A DNA stretch of 35,018 nucleotides from positions 185,652 to 220,669 of the forward strand of contig MU057477.1 of the NCBI GenBank assembly GCA_013265495.1, in the 5' to 3' direction. Origin of the DNA: Vicugna vicugna. Taxonomy: Eukaryota. The notes under the pieces were generated by a model. The model had not been told where the DNA came from. It did no database searches and worked only from the letters and a program-made list of their open reading frames with translations. This document shows positions 11,101 through 25,300 of this stretch, in pieces (position 1 is the stretch's first letter; each line of letters opens with the position of its first letter). A program made the position numbers and the translations under genes.

Positions 11101-13304
11101 TACAGTTGTGTTTCATACTATTTTTGACATTCCAATACTCTAGAATATGTTAGAAAGAAACATAAAATATTCACAATTGTTCAGAAAAGCAAGCAAAATG
11201 AACCTGCCCAGTTCTTCTGAAATGGTCATGTTGGCTTCATCAGCATATTAATTCTACAAAATAGTAAGCAAATGTTTGAATACAGTTTCCAAGATAAAAC
11301 ACATTTTCTCATAAATAATAAAATTTTTTCTCAAACACCACAAAAGTATACAAAAGAATTTTAGTTTTGAACAGATCTCTCAGAATGTGTTTAACCTGAT
11401 ATTTCAACAGAATTAACATTTCCATGGTTTCACAAGGATCAGAGTTTTAATTAGAGGAAAAAAACAACTGCCTTGAAAGATGTGAACTCAGTCATTAGTA
11501 ATAGAAATAGTATCCCACTGTATTTACATCTTATAAAAACAGAAAAAGATAACATTTCCTCCAGAATAATGTGTATATAATTATATATAATATGTATTAT
11601 ATATACTGTCCTATATATCATATATTAGATGATATATAGTATATATAATTATACAATATTTATTAGAATAATATTTCCTCTTAAAAATAAATTGAAATAT
11701 ATATTATGTGTTATATAGTATATAGTTGTATAACAAAATTACATATAAATCATATAAATATATATTACTCTTTATAAATGTATATTGCATAATTGTATAC
11801 AACGTAATTATTTCTTTTTTTGGTAATTATTTCTATATAATGTTATATAATATATATTATCTTACCTAGGTTGTATTATATAACATATATATATATATAA
11901 ACATATATATTACATATAAATATATATTATTCTAGGGGAGCAAATTTTGTATTTTTCTGTTTTTGTGAGAGATGAACATATGTAATTTATATACTATAAA
12001 TAATATATGACTACCATGAAACCCTTTAATTCACATGGTAAATTTTGAAACTATGACCAAAATTTGAAAACTGCCAGAGCTGTCAGAAAAAGACAAGACA
12101 AAATCTTTCTTGCATCTGTGTAAACTAAAGGTGATATTCTCCAAAAGAATTAAGAATTGTAATTATTACCTTTCACTTTAAAAACTACTTGATTACGTAA
12201 AAATTTCATGTGGTGTAAATCAGAACTGAATGTGAAATACTGCACGTTCAGTGTTTCTAACAGCCTTTCCATCAGTTCAGCGGTGACTGCTGCGGCTTCC
12301 TTGTCAGTGTCTGTGGATGATTCTGAGAGAACCTCTCCATCCTGACTGGTATTGGTTCCTCCTGATTCTTCTGTTTCATGACAGTCAAGATCCTGCTAGC
12401 AGGGCCTTTCACCATCTTCAGGAGATTCCTCCATTTGATTTTTCCTCAGAAGTCTCTTCATTCATGGTTAAGGGACCATCAGATTCTTTTTCTTGATTGT
12501 TTTTTTTCTGGAATCACTTCTGATAGATGCTGTTAAAGATTCTCTTCCTCTCCATTCTCTTCTGTACAGTACAGCCTGATACAACTACCTTCTTTGTCTT
12601 TATTCTTAGATGGAGACGGTTCTTCTGTTTCTTCTTGCATAACTGAAGATATTTCACTAGAAGTTGTTTGGCCATCTCTCTGACTTCACTTTCTTTGTCA
12701 AACTTGAGATTTTTAACCTCCTACCCCTCAGCTTCTAGAGCATCTAATTTAGATGTTTATTTTTTATACAGCTCACTGAGAAACCTTCTGATCGAGATGT
12801 CAGAGAGTCACTGTGATTTTTGTCCTCATCATGGTTTAAGTTTGTAAGGACTCTTTGCTGACTGTGATCTCAGGAAAACCATTTCTTTCTCTCTTTGTTT
12901 TTCCCCCTCTCCTCTCTCCCCCTTTTCCTTCCATCCTTCATTCTCTCTCTCTTAACTATATAAGTTTCGGGTGCTCAGCACTATGATTCAACATCTGTAT
13001 ACAATACAAAGTGATCACCACTGTAAGTCTAGTTATCTTCCATCACCATACAGTTGACCCTCTTTACCCATTTCACCCACACTTCAAATCCCTTTCCCTC
13101 TGGTAACCACTAATCTGTTCTCTTTATCTTCCAGTTTGGTCTTGTTTTCTTTTGTTTGCTTTTTTTTTTCAGATTCCACATATGAGTGAAATCATACAGT
13201 GTTTGTCTTTCTCTGCGTAACAGCTTCACCTAGCATATTTTCAGGGTCCATCCATGTTGTTGCAAATGGCAGGATTTCATTCCTTTATGGTTGAGTAGTA
13301 TTCC

Positions 13305-13355
<51 letters not shown>

Positions 13356-16300
13356 CACATCTTCTTTCTTCATCTGACAGTGCACATTTAGGTTGTTTCC
13401 ATATCTTGGCTACTGTTAATAATGCTACAATCAATATAGGGGTGTGTGTATCTTTTGGAATTAGTGTTTTTGTGTGTGTTCTTTGGTTATATACCCAGAA
13501 GTGGAGTAGCTGGGTCATATGCTAGTCCTATTCATAATTTTGGGAGAGAATCTCCATTCTGTTTTCCATAGTGGCTGCTCTAATTTACAGTCCTACAAAC
13601 AGTGTTTGAGTGTTCCCTTTCCTCCACATCCTTTCCAACACTTGTTATTTCTTGTCTAGCAGGTATGAGGTAACGTTGTGGGTTTGACTTACATTTCTCT
13701 AGTAGTTAGTGATGTTGAACATCTTTTCATGTGCCAGCTGGCCATCTGTAAGTAATAGTAAATCTTCAGAACTTGTGTATAAATCCTCCAAATTTGTACT
13801 TATTTTACTTTTTACCTTTTAAAACAATGTGTTATTAGATTTTTCTGTACAAGGATTTGGATTTCAAGATTCAAAATGAATATGTTATCTTGCTATCTAT
13901 TTTTCATTTTCATTTTTAAATGATATTTTAATATTCATTTTGGACTAAAATATATGTGGTAAAGTTGTTGTATTTTATAATTATATGTGGTAAAATGCAC
14001 AAAAGAGTATAGCTTGAGATTTGGCAAATTTATATACCCATGTTACACTGTAGTCAAAATGTTGACTATTTCCAGCATCTTAGGAAGTTGACTGGTGCTC
14101 CAGCCAATTTTCCTGTCAAGCAGAAGGGAGCACTGTTTTAATCTCTACACTATGGGCTAGCTTTGTCAATTCTTGAAACGGATACAAATGAACACAAGGC
14201 ATCTGCTTCTTGTATCTGGCTAATTTTGCTCAATTATTATTTGCAGAGTCATCTATATTTTTGTGTATATCAGTAGTTTGTTCCTTTTATTGCTGGCATA
14301 TATTTTATCGTATGTGTATATCACAACTTGCTTATTTCTCCTATTGATGGACCTTGTCTTGTTTCTAACATTTTGCCCTTAAGAATAAAGCACCAAGGTG
14401 TGGGAAGAGGTGCAAAATAGGTGAAGGGGATGACGAATTGGGAGCATTAATGGACCCATTCTATCTTATTCCAAGGCAGGGAAATGTTTTTCTGCATGCA
14501 AAAAAATTACAGGCAATAACCAATACATACTCAGAGATCTGGGCAGTTATATAAAATCCATTTATAAATGTTTATTTTAAAAAGGCCTTGAAAATGAGGA
14601 TCTGAACCATATCTTGCCCAGGTGAGACTATTTATAAGATATCACAATTTTACCACTCCCTTGGCCAATTTTGAAAAAATTTCCGAACCACTAGTTCATG
14701 TGGAAACTACATTATCTCTTCCACAGTGAAAACAGTTATGGAGTAATTCGACCAGGGTTTATCGGATGGATTATAGCACCTCAGGGCAGCCATCTCAAAA
14801 TTGCCAGACTCCATCTTTATGAACAAAGCACCCCTCAATTACCAATATTGCTTTTCAGTAGGTTGAGCTGATAACTATGAGTTAACTCTAAGTTGTCTAA
14901 AGGAAGCCAGTTTTCTTTTGTAGATTTGGTGGTGATAAATACCAATCTGACAACAATTCATATTAGCTGGGGTGTTTTCTTAAAAAGGCCCAAACTTCAT
15001 TTAGAACGTGAACCCGAGCAAAGACATCACTCTTGGCTCCTGATGGTCTCTGGACCATCTAGACTGAGTGGTTTCTATCGGTTATTATGCTCTTATCTCC
15101 TTGGAATATTGGCAAAGTTCTAAGTCATTGATCTCTTTACCATTTTTAATCAGCATATCTGAGGAAGAAATAAATCCTCTGTTTTCATAAAATCCATAAA
15201 TCATGAACCACCTCAAAAACATATCTGCTGCCCATATTAGCATTCACTCATCTTTTGTCGGCATGCTGGTTCACGTCTGAGGTGTTAGTTCAGCTAAGGC
15301 TGGTCAGCCTGAGAACTGGGCAGTGGAGCTGCCTCCGTGGTTGTTTGTTTAGTGATCGCAGTACATCTGGCACAGAGAATGCCTTTGTCGTTTTTATGTT
15401 AAGAGGCATCCACAAACTATGTTAAATCAAGGTTGACTAAAGGGTGCAATATTCAGTTCTGGCCATGGTTGACTCCTGACATAAATGCTAAACAGTCCTG
15501 TGGTTCCCCTTTATTCTTAAGAGGGAAGAAAGTTGCAGGGTTATATTTTGAACATCATTGAATAGTAATAGAGCAAACACTAGAATTTCAAGCAAGCACT
15601 GTGGTGGAAGTTTGATCTCTGTGGCTACCACATGCCAGTAAGGAGGGTGAACCTTCATCTCCAAAGCAAGGAACATGATAAGATAGACAATGGGCCTCTG
15701 TTTTCTCAATATTAAGCCAGGAAACATTGCTCTGAGGGTACTACACTAATCAAGTTTTGAACTTTTTTACAGTCATGTTTGTTGTTATAGACACACTTGC
15801 ACGTGTATGTGTTTCAGATGGATAAGTTGGCTGGAAATATTGTTGCATCAGTATGGTGATATTAATTGTACTTTAAATAATAACCACTGTTTATTTCTCA
15901 TTTTTAAAATTATACATGTACACATGTGTGTGTACACACATACACACATGCATGCATTTATATTCATTTTGGAATGTAAGAAAACGTAGACGAGCCAAGA
16001 AAGTCTCTGCATTGCCACCAGTTATCTAAAATGTAATATAATGTCTTTATCATTTTCTCTCATGTGTACACATAGACAATCATGCCATACCTTTTTTGCC
16101 TTTATTTATTTAAACTGTGCTTGAGTAACTTGTAACATCCAGATTCTTATGTAAAAGGCGTATCTATTCAGAATCAGATCCAGGTAAGAACCACATGTTA
16201 CTGTGAATTAACGATGTGAGACAAATTTTCTTAAAGCTTGTTAAGCCTCTAATTTCCCTCTCTGGTAGCTTTAAACAATGTGTGTTTATAGTCGAGGCTA

Positions 16301-19300
16301 ATCAGAGTCGTCAGGGACAACTTTGGGGGGCTATTTGAAGGTTAGATATGACTTGGACTGTGTGTATCCTTCTAGTCCCTGAATCACCCCTAAAAGGTGC
16401 TATGTGAGGGACAAGTGAATAAAAAGTAGTAACCATTTTAGGTGACTCCTAGGAAATGGTTTGTGTTGGTGCCACGTGGACATATGTAAGGTATGTGTCA
16501 ATCTTTTGTAGGAAGTCATGCGGTTCCTGGATACGAAGCATCCAGACCACTATCAAGTCTACAATCTTTGCAGTATGTACATGACTAGACATTTTGCTAC
16601 GATAGACAGAAAACAGATCACTGCATATAAGAAGATGATTCTGTTTTTACATTTTATTTAATCATAAGTATTGTTGGTTGCCCCAGCCCTCCATGGTAGG
16701 AAAAGATAACCCAAGAGCACAAATAAAGTGCCCTGTGAGGGAGGCGGGGGACTGGAGGGGGAGGCATTTTAGCAGGAGTCGGCTCTAGTGGTAGCAGGTT
16801 TAGGAGAATATTTCTGTTTTTCCTGCCAACTTGTGTTTTGAAGACAAGACAGTTCGACAAATGCATTCTCTAACCCGCTAGGAATGAGGTGTAAGGTGAC
16901 TAGGGCCCTATGTGGGAAAAACAATAAAACCCTGTAGAAAACAGATTACATCCCAGCTTGCTACTCTCGTGATTTTTTTTCTCTTTCTGAATATTAAATG
17001 GACATTTTCAGGCTGCAGGCCTTCCGGTTGGCCACATTTGCTTCTGCTCTGTGTAACCTTATGCTAATGTAACAAGTAGTCTGGTAGAAAATTACAAGTC
17101 AGGCTTAGTAAATAAACCAAGATAATGTGGGCTTAACTTCCTCAAGATAGACAAACCACTACTATACTTACGTTTTTAAGACCCTTCTGTTTCTTTTGGA
17201 GCAGCAGGAGCCAATCAGAAAGCTCCTTTCAAAGATAGATAAAGAATTTCTAATAGGAAAGTATAACCTAATCATAACTTGATCACTTACTATGCTTGTT
17301 AAGATTAGAGATATGACCTATGCATCGTGTATTTCAGGTGAAAAAGCTTATGACCCCAGGTACTTCCATAACAGGGTCCGTCAGTACATGATTGATGATC
17401 ACAATGTCCCCTCTCTGATGTAAGTGTGATGCCAGGTTGGCCGTCAGAAGAGGGCTAAATAAGCTGGGCTTGATTTTGGGGGACGGATTTTAATTCAGCT
17501 AAAACTCTTACCTTTGAATCAGTGAGATGTTGGCGTTCTCCAGAGACGTAGAAAAGTGGATGGCTCAAGACGAGAAAAACATCATAGTGGTTCACTGCAA
17601 GGGGGGCAAAGGTAAAAACGTTTTTCTGTTTGATTTCTTTTTCTAAAGAAATTTGAAAAATGTATTAAAGTGTGTGAACAAGATACATACTGCGGTTAAC
17701 TAGTATTAATCATTGTTAACATCTTATACTATTAGCTTCAAGACTGAAGGAAGGGAAAGAAGTGGGGAGGAAGGGAAGAAAGAGTAAAGAAGGGAGGAAT
17801 AGATAAACAAGATTATACTGTATAGCACAGGGAAATATACACAAGATCTTATGGTAGCTCACAGAGAAAAAAATGTGACAATGAATATATATATGTTCAT
17901 GTATAACTGAAAAATTGTGCTCTACACTGGAATTTGACACAACACTGTAAAATGATTATAAATCAATAAAAAACGTTTAAAAAAAAAAGAAGGGAGGAAA
18001 GCAGGAAGAGGAGAACTAAGGAAGGTTGAGTGTGATTTCTCTTGTCTATTTTCAAATGTCCTGGCATCAGATTGTTTACAACATCATCTAATACTAATGT
18101 CTACAGTGGGTTCCCTTTTTCATTCCTTACATTACTTTCTTGGCATCTTCTTTCTTTTTTCTTTTGATTAGTCTCATTTGGGATTTATTAATTTAATTAA
18201 TCCTTTCAAAGAACCCAGTTTTCTGGCTTTACTGATTTTCTCTGATATTTGTTTTCTATTTCATCAGTTACTATATATCTTTAGTGTTTCCTTTCTTCCA
18301 CTTTCTTTGGTTTAATTTGTTGTTCTCCTAACTTCTTGAGGTGGATGATTAAGTCATAGATTTTCAGCCTTTCTTTTCTCTTTAGCACTTAAGGCTACAA
18401 AAGGGGCTCTAAGAATTGCTTTAGCTTCCTCCAAGTATTTATATGTAGTATTTTCATTATTGTTTAGTTCAAAATATTTTCTAATTTTCATTGTGCTTGT
18501 TTCTTTGACTCATGGATTATATAGAAGTATATTTTCTTATTTTTGAACATAGGATTTTTTTTATTATTTTCTAGTTATTGATTTTGATTGTATTGTATTG
18601 TGGTCAGAGAACATATGTATTTTTTTTCAGTTCTTTGAAATTTGTTTAGACTTGCTTTATGGCCCAGAATTTGGTCAGTTTTATCAAATGATTTCTGTGC
18701 ACTTGGAAGTGTATGGTGCATTGTGGTGAATAGTGTTCCATATGTGTCCATTAGGTTGTTTGTTAATTGTTTTATTCAAATCTTCTGTATCCTTACTGAC
18801 ATTTTGGTTTGATCGAATTTTTACAGTATAATTTCTTCCTCCCCCACTATTAACTTGGAAGTCATACACTCTTTTGATACTCCTTTGGTAATTACTCTAA
18901 AAATTTCAACCTGCATCCTTCTAGCTATCAATTTTTTAAAATGTTGACCTTGTCTCTAGCAATCTTCCTCAACTCTCTCAGTAGTGTTAGCAGTTAGCTT
19001 ATAGATTTACTTGGATTTTTCTAGTCTGCAAATAATGAGCTCAGTGGTAGAGTGCGTGCCTGGCCTTTCCAAGAAAGAACTCCAGTGGAGGGACTCACAC
19101 TTAAAAAGCTAAAACCTTTGTCCAACATCAAAAGTTTAGCAAATGAATATATATTTATGTTGTAAGTTGAAATACTGAAGACAAATATAAATCATTTTTT
19201 TAATTTTTATTTATTTTTGTTGGGGAGGTAATTAGGTTTATTTATTTACTTATTTAATGGAGGTACTGGGGATTGAACCCAGGACCTTGTGCGTGGCTGG

Positions 19301-22300
19301 GCATGCGCTCTACCACCGAGCTATCCCCTCCCCTCAAGTATAAATTGTTGGAATGATTCCTTGAATACCTGACTTGACTGGATGAGAGAGCATCTACTAC
19401 ATCTGTGGTTGTACTTCTCCACAGTCACCAGGAAGTGAATCAGCAGAAGTTTCTTTCAAATGGGAAAATATTAGGGTTATAAAGACCCAGAGATGTCATC
19501 TAAAATTGAAATGTTCACAGTCTATACAACTGAGAGCTAGATTGTTAATGGTCAATAGCCTTTTCTAACAAGAAGTTTTTATTGATCACAGCACAGGATG
19601 GTACAAAGTCCTCTTTGGAAGTACTTGTCTTAGTGGTTTTCAAACTACAGTTTGCAAAATAAATTTAGGTTCATTTTTTTTAAAGGATAGAATAGAAAAG
19701 AGAGTGTATCTCAAGTTAAAAGGGTTGGTTTGGAATTACATAAAACGAGTTCAGCCTGTACTGGCTAAGACAAAAGCTGCAGATCATTGTAGAAATAAAA
19801 GAAGCAACATACTTTTTAAACTCAAATTTTTGTGTGGCAGGACAAAAATATAAAGTGGAATAAAACATGGGACTTTGAGGATGAAATGGCATGAAATCAA
19901 GTTTGCTTTAAAATGCTCCAGGAGAGAGGGAAGGGGAGAGGGAGGGAGGGAGGGAGAGAGGGAAGAGAAGAAAAATTAAACAAGTATAGTAATTAATATG
20001 ACATGGAATCTGGAAAACAGGAATATGGGGGTTCATTGTACTGTTCTTCCTGCTTTCAAATGTTTTGTAACACACTGAAACTCTCAAATGGAAGAAATAA
20101 TAGGTATTTTGCCAGGGCTAGACGATGTTTTGCGTCCTGTCCATGTTTTATAGTTTCTCTTACTGACGTCAGTAGAAAAGCGGGATGTGGCATCAGCCCT
20201 TCCCTGGCGAGCATCTCTTCAGCTGTAGAGCCCTAGAGCTGACTGCCGCTGTCTGCTCCTGCAGGCGCAGGGGTCCTGATCCGGAGCAACATGCGTGTGC
20301 CCATTCAGGCACACAGTCAGCACCGCATTCCAGGTGGAGCTTCAGGGTCAGGAAACAGCTTTGGCTATCTCTGAATATTTTGAACTAGTACTTTTAGGGT
20401 GAAAGAAAAATCAGTCCAACATGAACTGTATTTCTGAGGGTAGTAGTATCCTCAGGACTGCCATGAACTATGGTCCTGAACGAACTTCTTTTCTAGGAAG
20501 AACTGGGACCATGATTTGTGCCTACCTGCTTGCCAGTGAACGATTTACAACTGCGGAGGTATGGAAGATGCTGCCACAGACTCTGTCTTAGGCTGATTGA
20601 ATTTGCCAGCTTTGCAGCCTCACTGGGAGGATGCGAGATGATTCCCTGTGTCATGGTACTTGGTGAAATTGTAATCAGAGAGGCGGTTATTTGGAAGCTG
20701 GGTTTTGATATTTTCCTGTTTAGCTAGTGCTAGTGAGTAACTGACCTAAGTGTCTCTTCCTCTGGGCCAGGACCGAGGGGTGAGGTCAGCGAGACGCTCA
20801 TCTCAGGCACAAGATGTAAGGGAATGCCCCAACTCTCAGTAATTAAGATCAATAATTTTCTAATGCAATATTTTTTAAAACCAAAATTAATGCCCAAAGA
20901 TCCATCATGGATACAATGCCAACATTTTAAATAAAGACAGGACCCAGTAGAGGCAGGGGTAGTGTGAAAGGAGTAAGGTCGAATTATGCAAGTGCAAAAA
21001 GCCTCAGCGTCCAAGAAGCTTGACTTGCCTCCCCTGGTCGCAGGCCTGCTCTCACTCCCACCAGCTGTAGGCCTTCCTCCTTCCTCACAAGAGTGACATG
21101 AAGACTGGTTAGGGAAATTTTCTAAGGACCCTGCACATCCTTGGAAGTGCTAGTAGGTAAAAGGCATCCTTTTCCAACTCGGAACAAAGTCTCTCTGGGA
21201 TGTTACTATCTTTCCATAGTCAGTATCTGTGGGGCCGGCGCCCTCTGGAAATTTCTGAGAAGACAGGAAGGGCTGCTTCTACTTCATAAAGCAGGGTTCT
21301 CACTCTTTTGTCTGCTGTGATCTTGCTGAGAAGCTCCCACTTGGAGGGCACACTCCCAGCAGCTCTGCTCCTCCCTCCACCTGCGGCCCCGAGAAGATTG
21401 GCTGGGGTTCTGCACAGGGCCCAGCGCTCTGATGCCGCCGGTGGCTTTCTTCCCATTTGAGACCCACAGCCTAGGAAAAGGGACGTTCTAGGACAAACTG
21501 TGGGTCGCAATCTCTTAGTGAGTTGTGAAATCAATTCATTGGCTTGTGACCAGCACTTTTAAAATAAAATAGAATAGATTAGAATAGAAAACATCAAAAG
21601 GTAAGTACTGTTTTGTGAAGCTTTTGTTTTAGTTGTGTGTGTGTATGTGTTGGTATCTCCCAGGTTTATGAATGTGGATTGTAGCTTTAAAAACAAGTTT
21701 GAAAGCCGCTGGTCTGGAGCCCAAGACCAGTGCTCCAGGCCTGGGCCAGCTCTGACAGGCTGTTACATCTCCAATGACAGGACACTTGGTTTTCTTTTGG
21801 TCTCAGTTGTTTTCATTTGTAAAATGGAAAAATGGGAAGAAGGACCAGATGATCTCTGAGGTCTCCCCAGCTCTGAAATTCCACGTCTTTATGACCGTTT
21901 GAATGAGGGCAGGCCTTGATGTGGCTCTGTTAACTCTGTTATGTTGGGTAGCCTCTGCCCTGAGACCACTGACTTAAGGAAATAACGCGTCCTTAGGAGC
22001 TTTAAGAATGCCTTATTCGGGAAAGGAAAGTGCAGATGACCCATGATCGGACTGTCCCCTTTTCTGCAGGACAGCCTGAATTATTTTGGAGAACAACGAA
22101 CAGATAAATCCACCAGCAACAAATATCAGGGAATAGAGACTCCTTCTCAGGTAAGTTTTCTTTTTTAAAAGGGAGGGTGCTCCGAGGAATTAGGCGACGA
22201 TTGGTGCCTATCACCTAGTCTCCCTGTAGCCTGTCCTCCTTGGGTGCCCGTGCCAGGCCGTGGTCCCTCCAGAGGCCGCGAGCCCTGCACGGCGTTGCCT

Positions 22301-25300
22301 GCACTTTGCCAGCACCGAGTTCTCCCCAGAGCACCCTGCTTCCCGTTTTATATTGGCTACTGTTTGCAGAGTTCAGGAGCTGACTCCCTTACCAAAGCAG
22401 GAAGGGCCAGTTCCAAAGGACCAGACCCCTGAAGATTATCTAAAGTCGCCATCCTTTTATTTTCCTGTGAAGAGGAACTGAGTCTTTCACAAGCCCCCTT
22501 AGGGCAACTCAGCTCTTGCAGAACATCACAAGCGTGTGTGTATATACACACATGTGCGAGTGGGGAGGAGGAGAGAGGCAGAGACAGAAAGAAGGTGGGA
22601 GGAAAGAAAGGAAAAAAGTAACATTTTTCAAAAACCTATTATACACTAGACACTATTGTACTTTTACATATTTTTTAATACTCAGACAATCCACGTGAAA
22701 TATATGCTATTTCCCTATTTTTTTCCTTTTGAAAACATTTTGTTACGGGCTTTTGCAAACATAAAAAGGCAAGATAGTCGTACATTAAACCCCCTTGCAG
22801 TCATCACACAGCTTCAGCAACCGTTTCATCACGTAGCCAGCCACGTTTCATCCCTTCCCTCCCCGCCTTCTCACGCACACCCACGCACCACGTTTTCTCT
22901 AAACCCAGATTATTTGAAGGAAATCCCAGACATCAGATCATTTTATCCCGTAAGTATCCCACCAAAAAACCCCCCAAAAAACAAAAAACCTTAAAACCAT
23001 TTACATATCTAAAATGTTAGACCTTAATATCAAATATATAGTCCTTATTTTTATTTCCATAATTATCTTAAAATCTTTAAAATTTAGTTTGTTTCAATCA
23101 GGATCCAAACAAGGGTGCACATTTCATTGGGTTGCTATGTCTCTTTGTCTCTTTTTGTTGATAAGTTTCCCATTTCTCTTTTATTCCTTGTAATTTATTT
23201 ACTGTAGAAACCGGGGCATTTATCCTATAGAATTTACAACATCCTAGACTTTGGTGAATCATGCTGAAAGTTTTGCATTCATTACCTCATTTAATGTTCT
23301 CAGTAATTCAGTGAGTGGGCACCATTATGATTCCCATTCTACAGAATGGGAAATTGAGGCTCAGAGAAATTAACTTTTTGAACCAAGAACTGAAATCCAG
23401 ATCTATCAAACTTTGAAGCCTGTTATTTCCCATCCTGTGAACAGATTCTCACCTCTTGCCTTTTCTATGTTGCCCCTCACACCAAAGTGAGGGGGGTTGG
23501 GAATTCTTAAGTCAACACGGGTAGGGCTGTGAATGGACGTTTTCTTTGAGTTAAGTGATGGGAGCTGAATAGACACCCTCGGCTTCGTTAGCAGAACACT
23601 GTTAACTGCCGGCTCAGGACATCTAATTTGGGGTAAAAGAATTCAGCCTTATCCACTGATATTTTTCTGCCACACCCAACCAAAAAAAGAAGGAAAAAAG
23701 ACAGCCCCAGGCCATAGGCTAAAAGCAACACGTGAACTACTGAAGCCCAGCTCTCATCATGCCTTTTCATGCTCAAAATCCACACTGGCTTCCCACTGCC
23801 AATGGCAACAAACATGCTGGAAGCTAGCACTCAAGATCTTCTACGATTTGATTTTTTTCAACCATTTCTTCCACTGCGTGCATCCACATGTCTTGTGCTC
23901 TGACACGTCTGGACTGCTTGCCGTTCCCAGGCCTGTCTGCGTTTCACCCCCATGTGCTCACGTGGGCCCCTTGTCTTGGAGCCCATTTCCCCTCCCAGCC
24001 TGAAGCAGTCTCCCGCCTTTCCAGTTCACAGAGTCCTTTGCGTTTTAGAGACTGAGTTACTTGACGTTCTCCAGCTATTGGGACTGGTGTCTTCTCCATC
24101 TTTCCACCCTCGGCATCCCGAGGTGCCTCATGCAGTCTCCTTTGTTTGCAGCAAGGGCATACTAAGTACATGTTGGTTTTATTAACTTCTGCTACAAGCC
24201 CTCGCTGTATGGGGCTGCAGAAGGAAGAGTGAGAACAGAAGCAGCTCAAGGGCCAAGGTGGGTCACAAACCTTTAGTGGAAGGTGGCCGGAGAATCTGGA
24301 GGCAGGAGCTCTTGCCAGCAGCTCTCCCCCATTTCCTCAGTGGTCACGCGCAGTTCCTCTAACTTGAGTTCAGACGTGGCACACCCTAGGCTACAGCTGA
24401 GTCTGTTCTGATTCACTGGGCTAGCGATGCGGGAACTTGGCCCCATGACGGAGTTCCCTCCTTGCGGGGCGGTGATGCTCAGGTACCAGGCCCGCCTGGT
24501 CCTGCCCTGTTGTGGGCCGTTCTACACACTGCATTTCATCCGCCCCTGAGTTAAGAACGTGCCAGGGCTTTCTCTTAATTGGCCCTTTCCGATGGAGAGT
24601 ATGGTAGTTAATTTTACTAACACTTTCCAGTGGGTGGGGAAGGGTTGGTGGCTATTTAACTCCCCATTGATTCAGTACCAAAACTCTTCGGCTTTTAGAA
24701 AAAGATTCAAGGAGAGCCCTTTGAGTGGCTTGGCATAGGAGAAGGACTAGGCTAAGAGAATCCCCAGGGCTTCCTTGCAGAAGTAGAATTGGGGAAATGG
24801 AAGGTGAGGCAGTGCTAGCTGGCTGGGACCAAGAGAAGGCTGCGCACGATGTGCTGCTGGCCTCTGGAGGTCTCCCCTTGAGTTTTCACATGTTCCTTCT
24901 CGCATGCTGGGGAGGCCATTCTCCACCAAACACAAACCTTCCTTTGACTCAGTCACGGCCAAGCTTCTCCCCTCAGACCTACCTGTCTCACAGTTGCGCT
25001 TAACTCCATCTTGCTGTGATGTCATCGTCTGTTGCTCTCAATCCCAGCAGCCTCTGAACAGCACCTGGCTCCTCCCTTGTTACTTCCCTGGGGCTCTTAT
25101 CTCAGTCTTTTTTCCTAAGGTATATATTCCATTGTGAGGCAACATACGGTTGTGAGGCCAAAATGCCTTATTATGTAAATAGCACCTGATAAATGTTTCC
25201 TTCATCTATTCCTCTCCTTAAGAAAACTCAGGAGTGCTGACTACAGACTCTTCACCTCCACTTACACTGAGACTTCTCTCGTTTTGCAGAGTAGATTTGT

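Noticed and set aside
19250..19334. tRNA-like A and B boxes (also 7950-8026)
   Set aside because: SINE heads with tails and TSDs, not tRNA genes.
19921..19970. GGGA purine tract with G-quadruplex potential
   Set aside because: Common low-complexity sequence deep in an intron; nothing specific supports a role.
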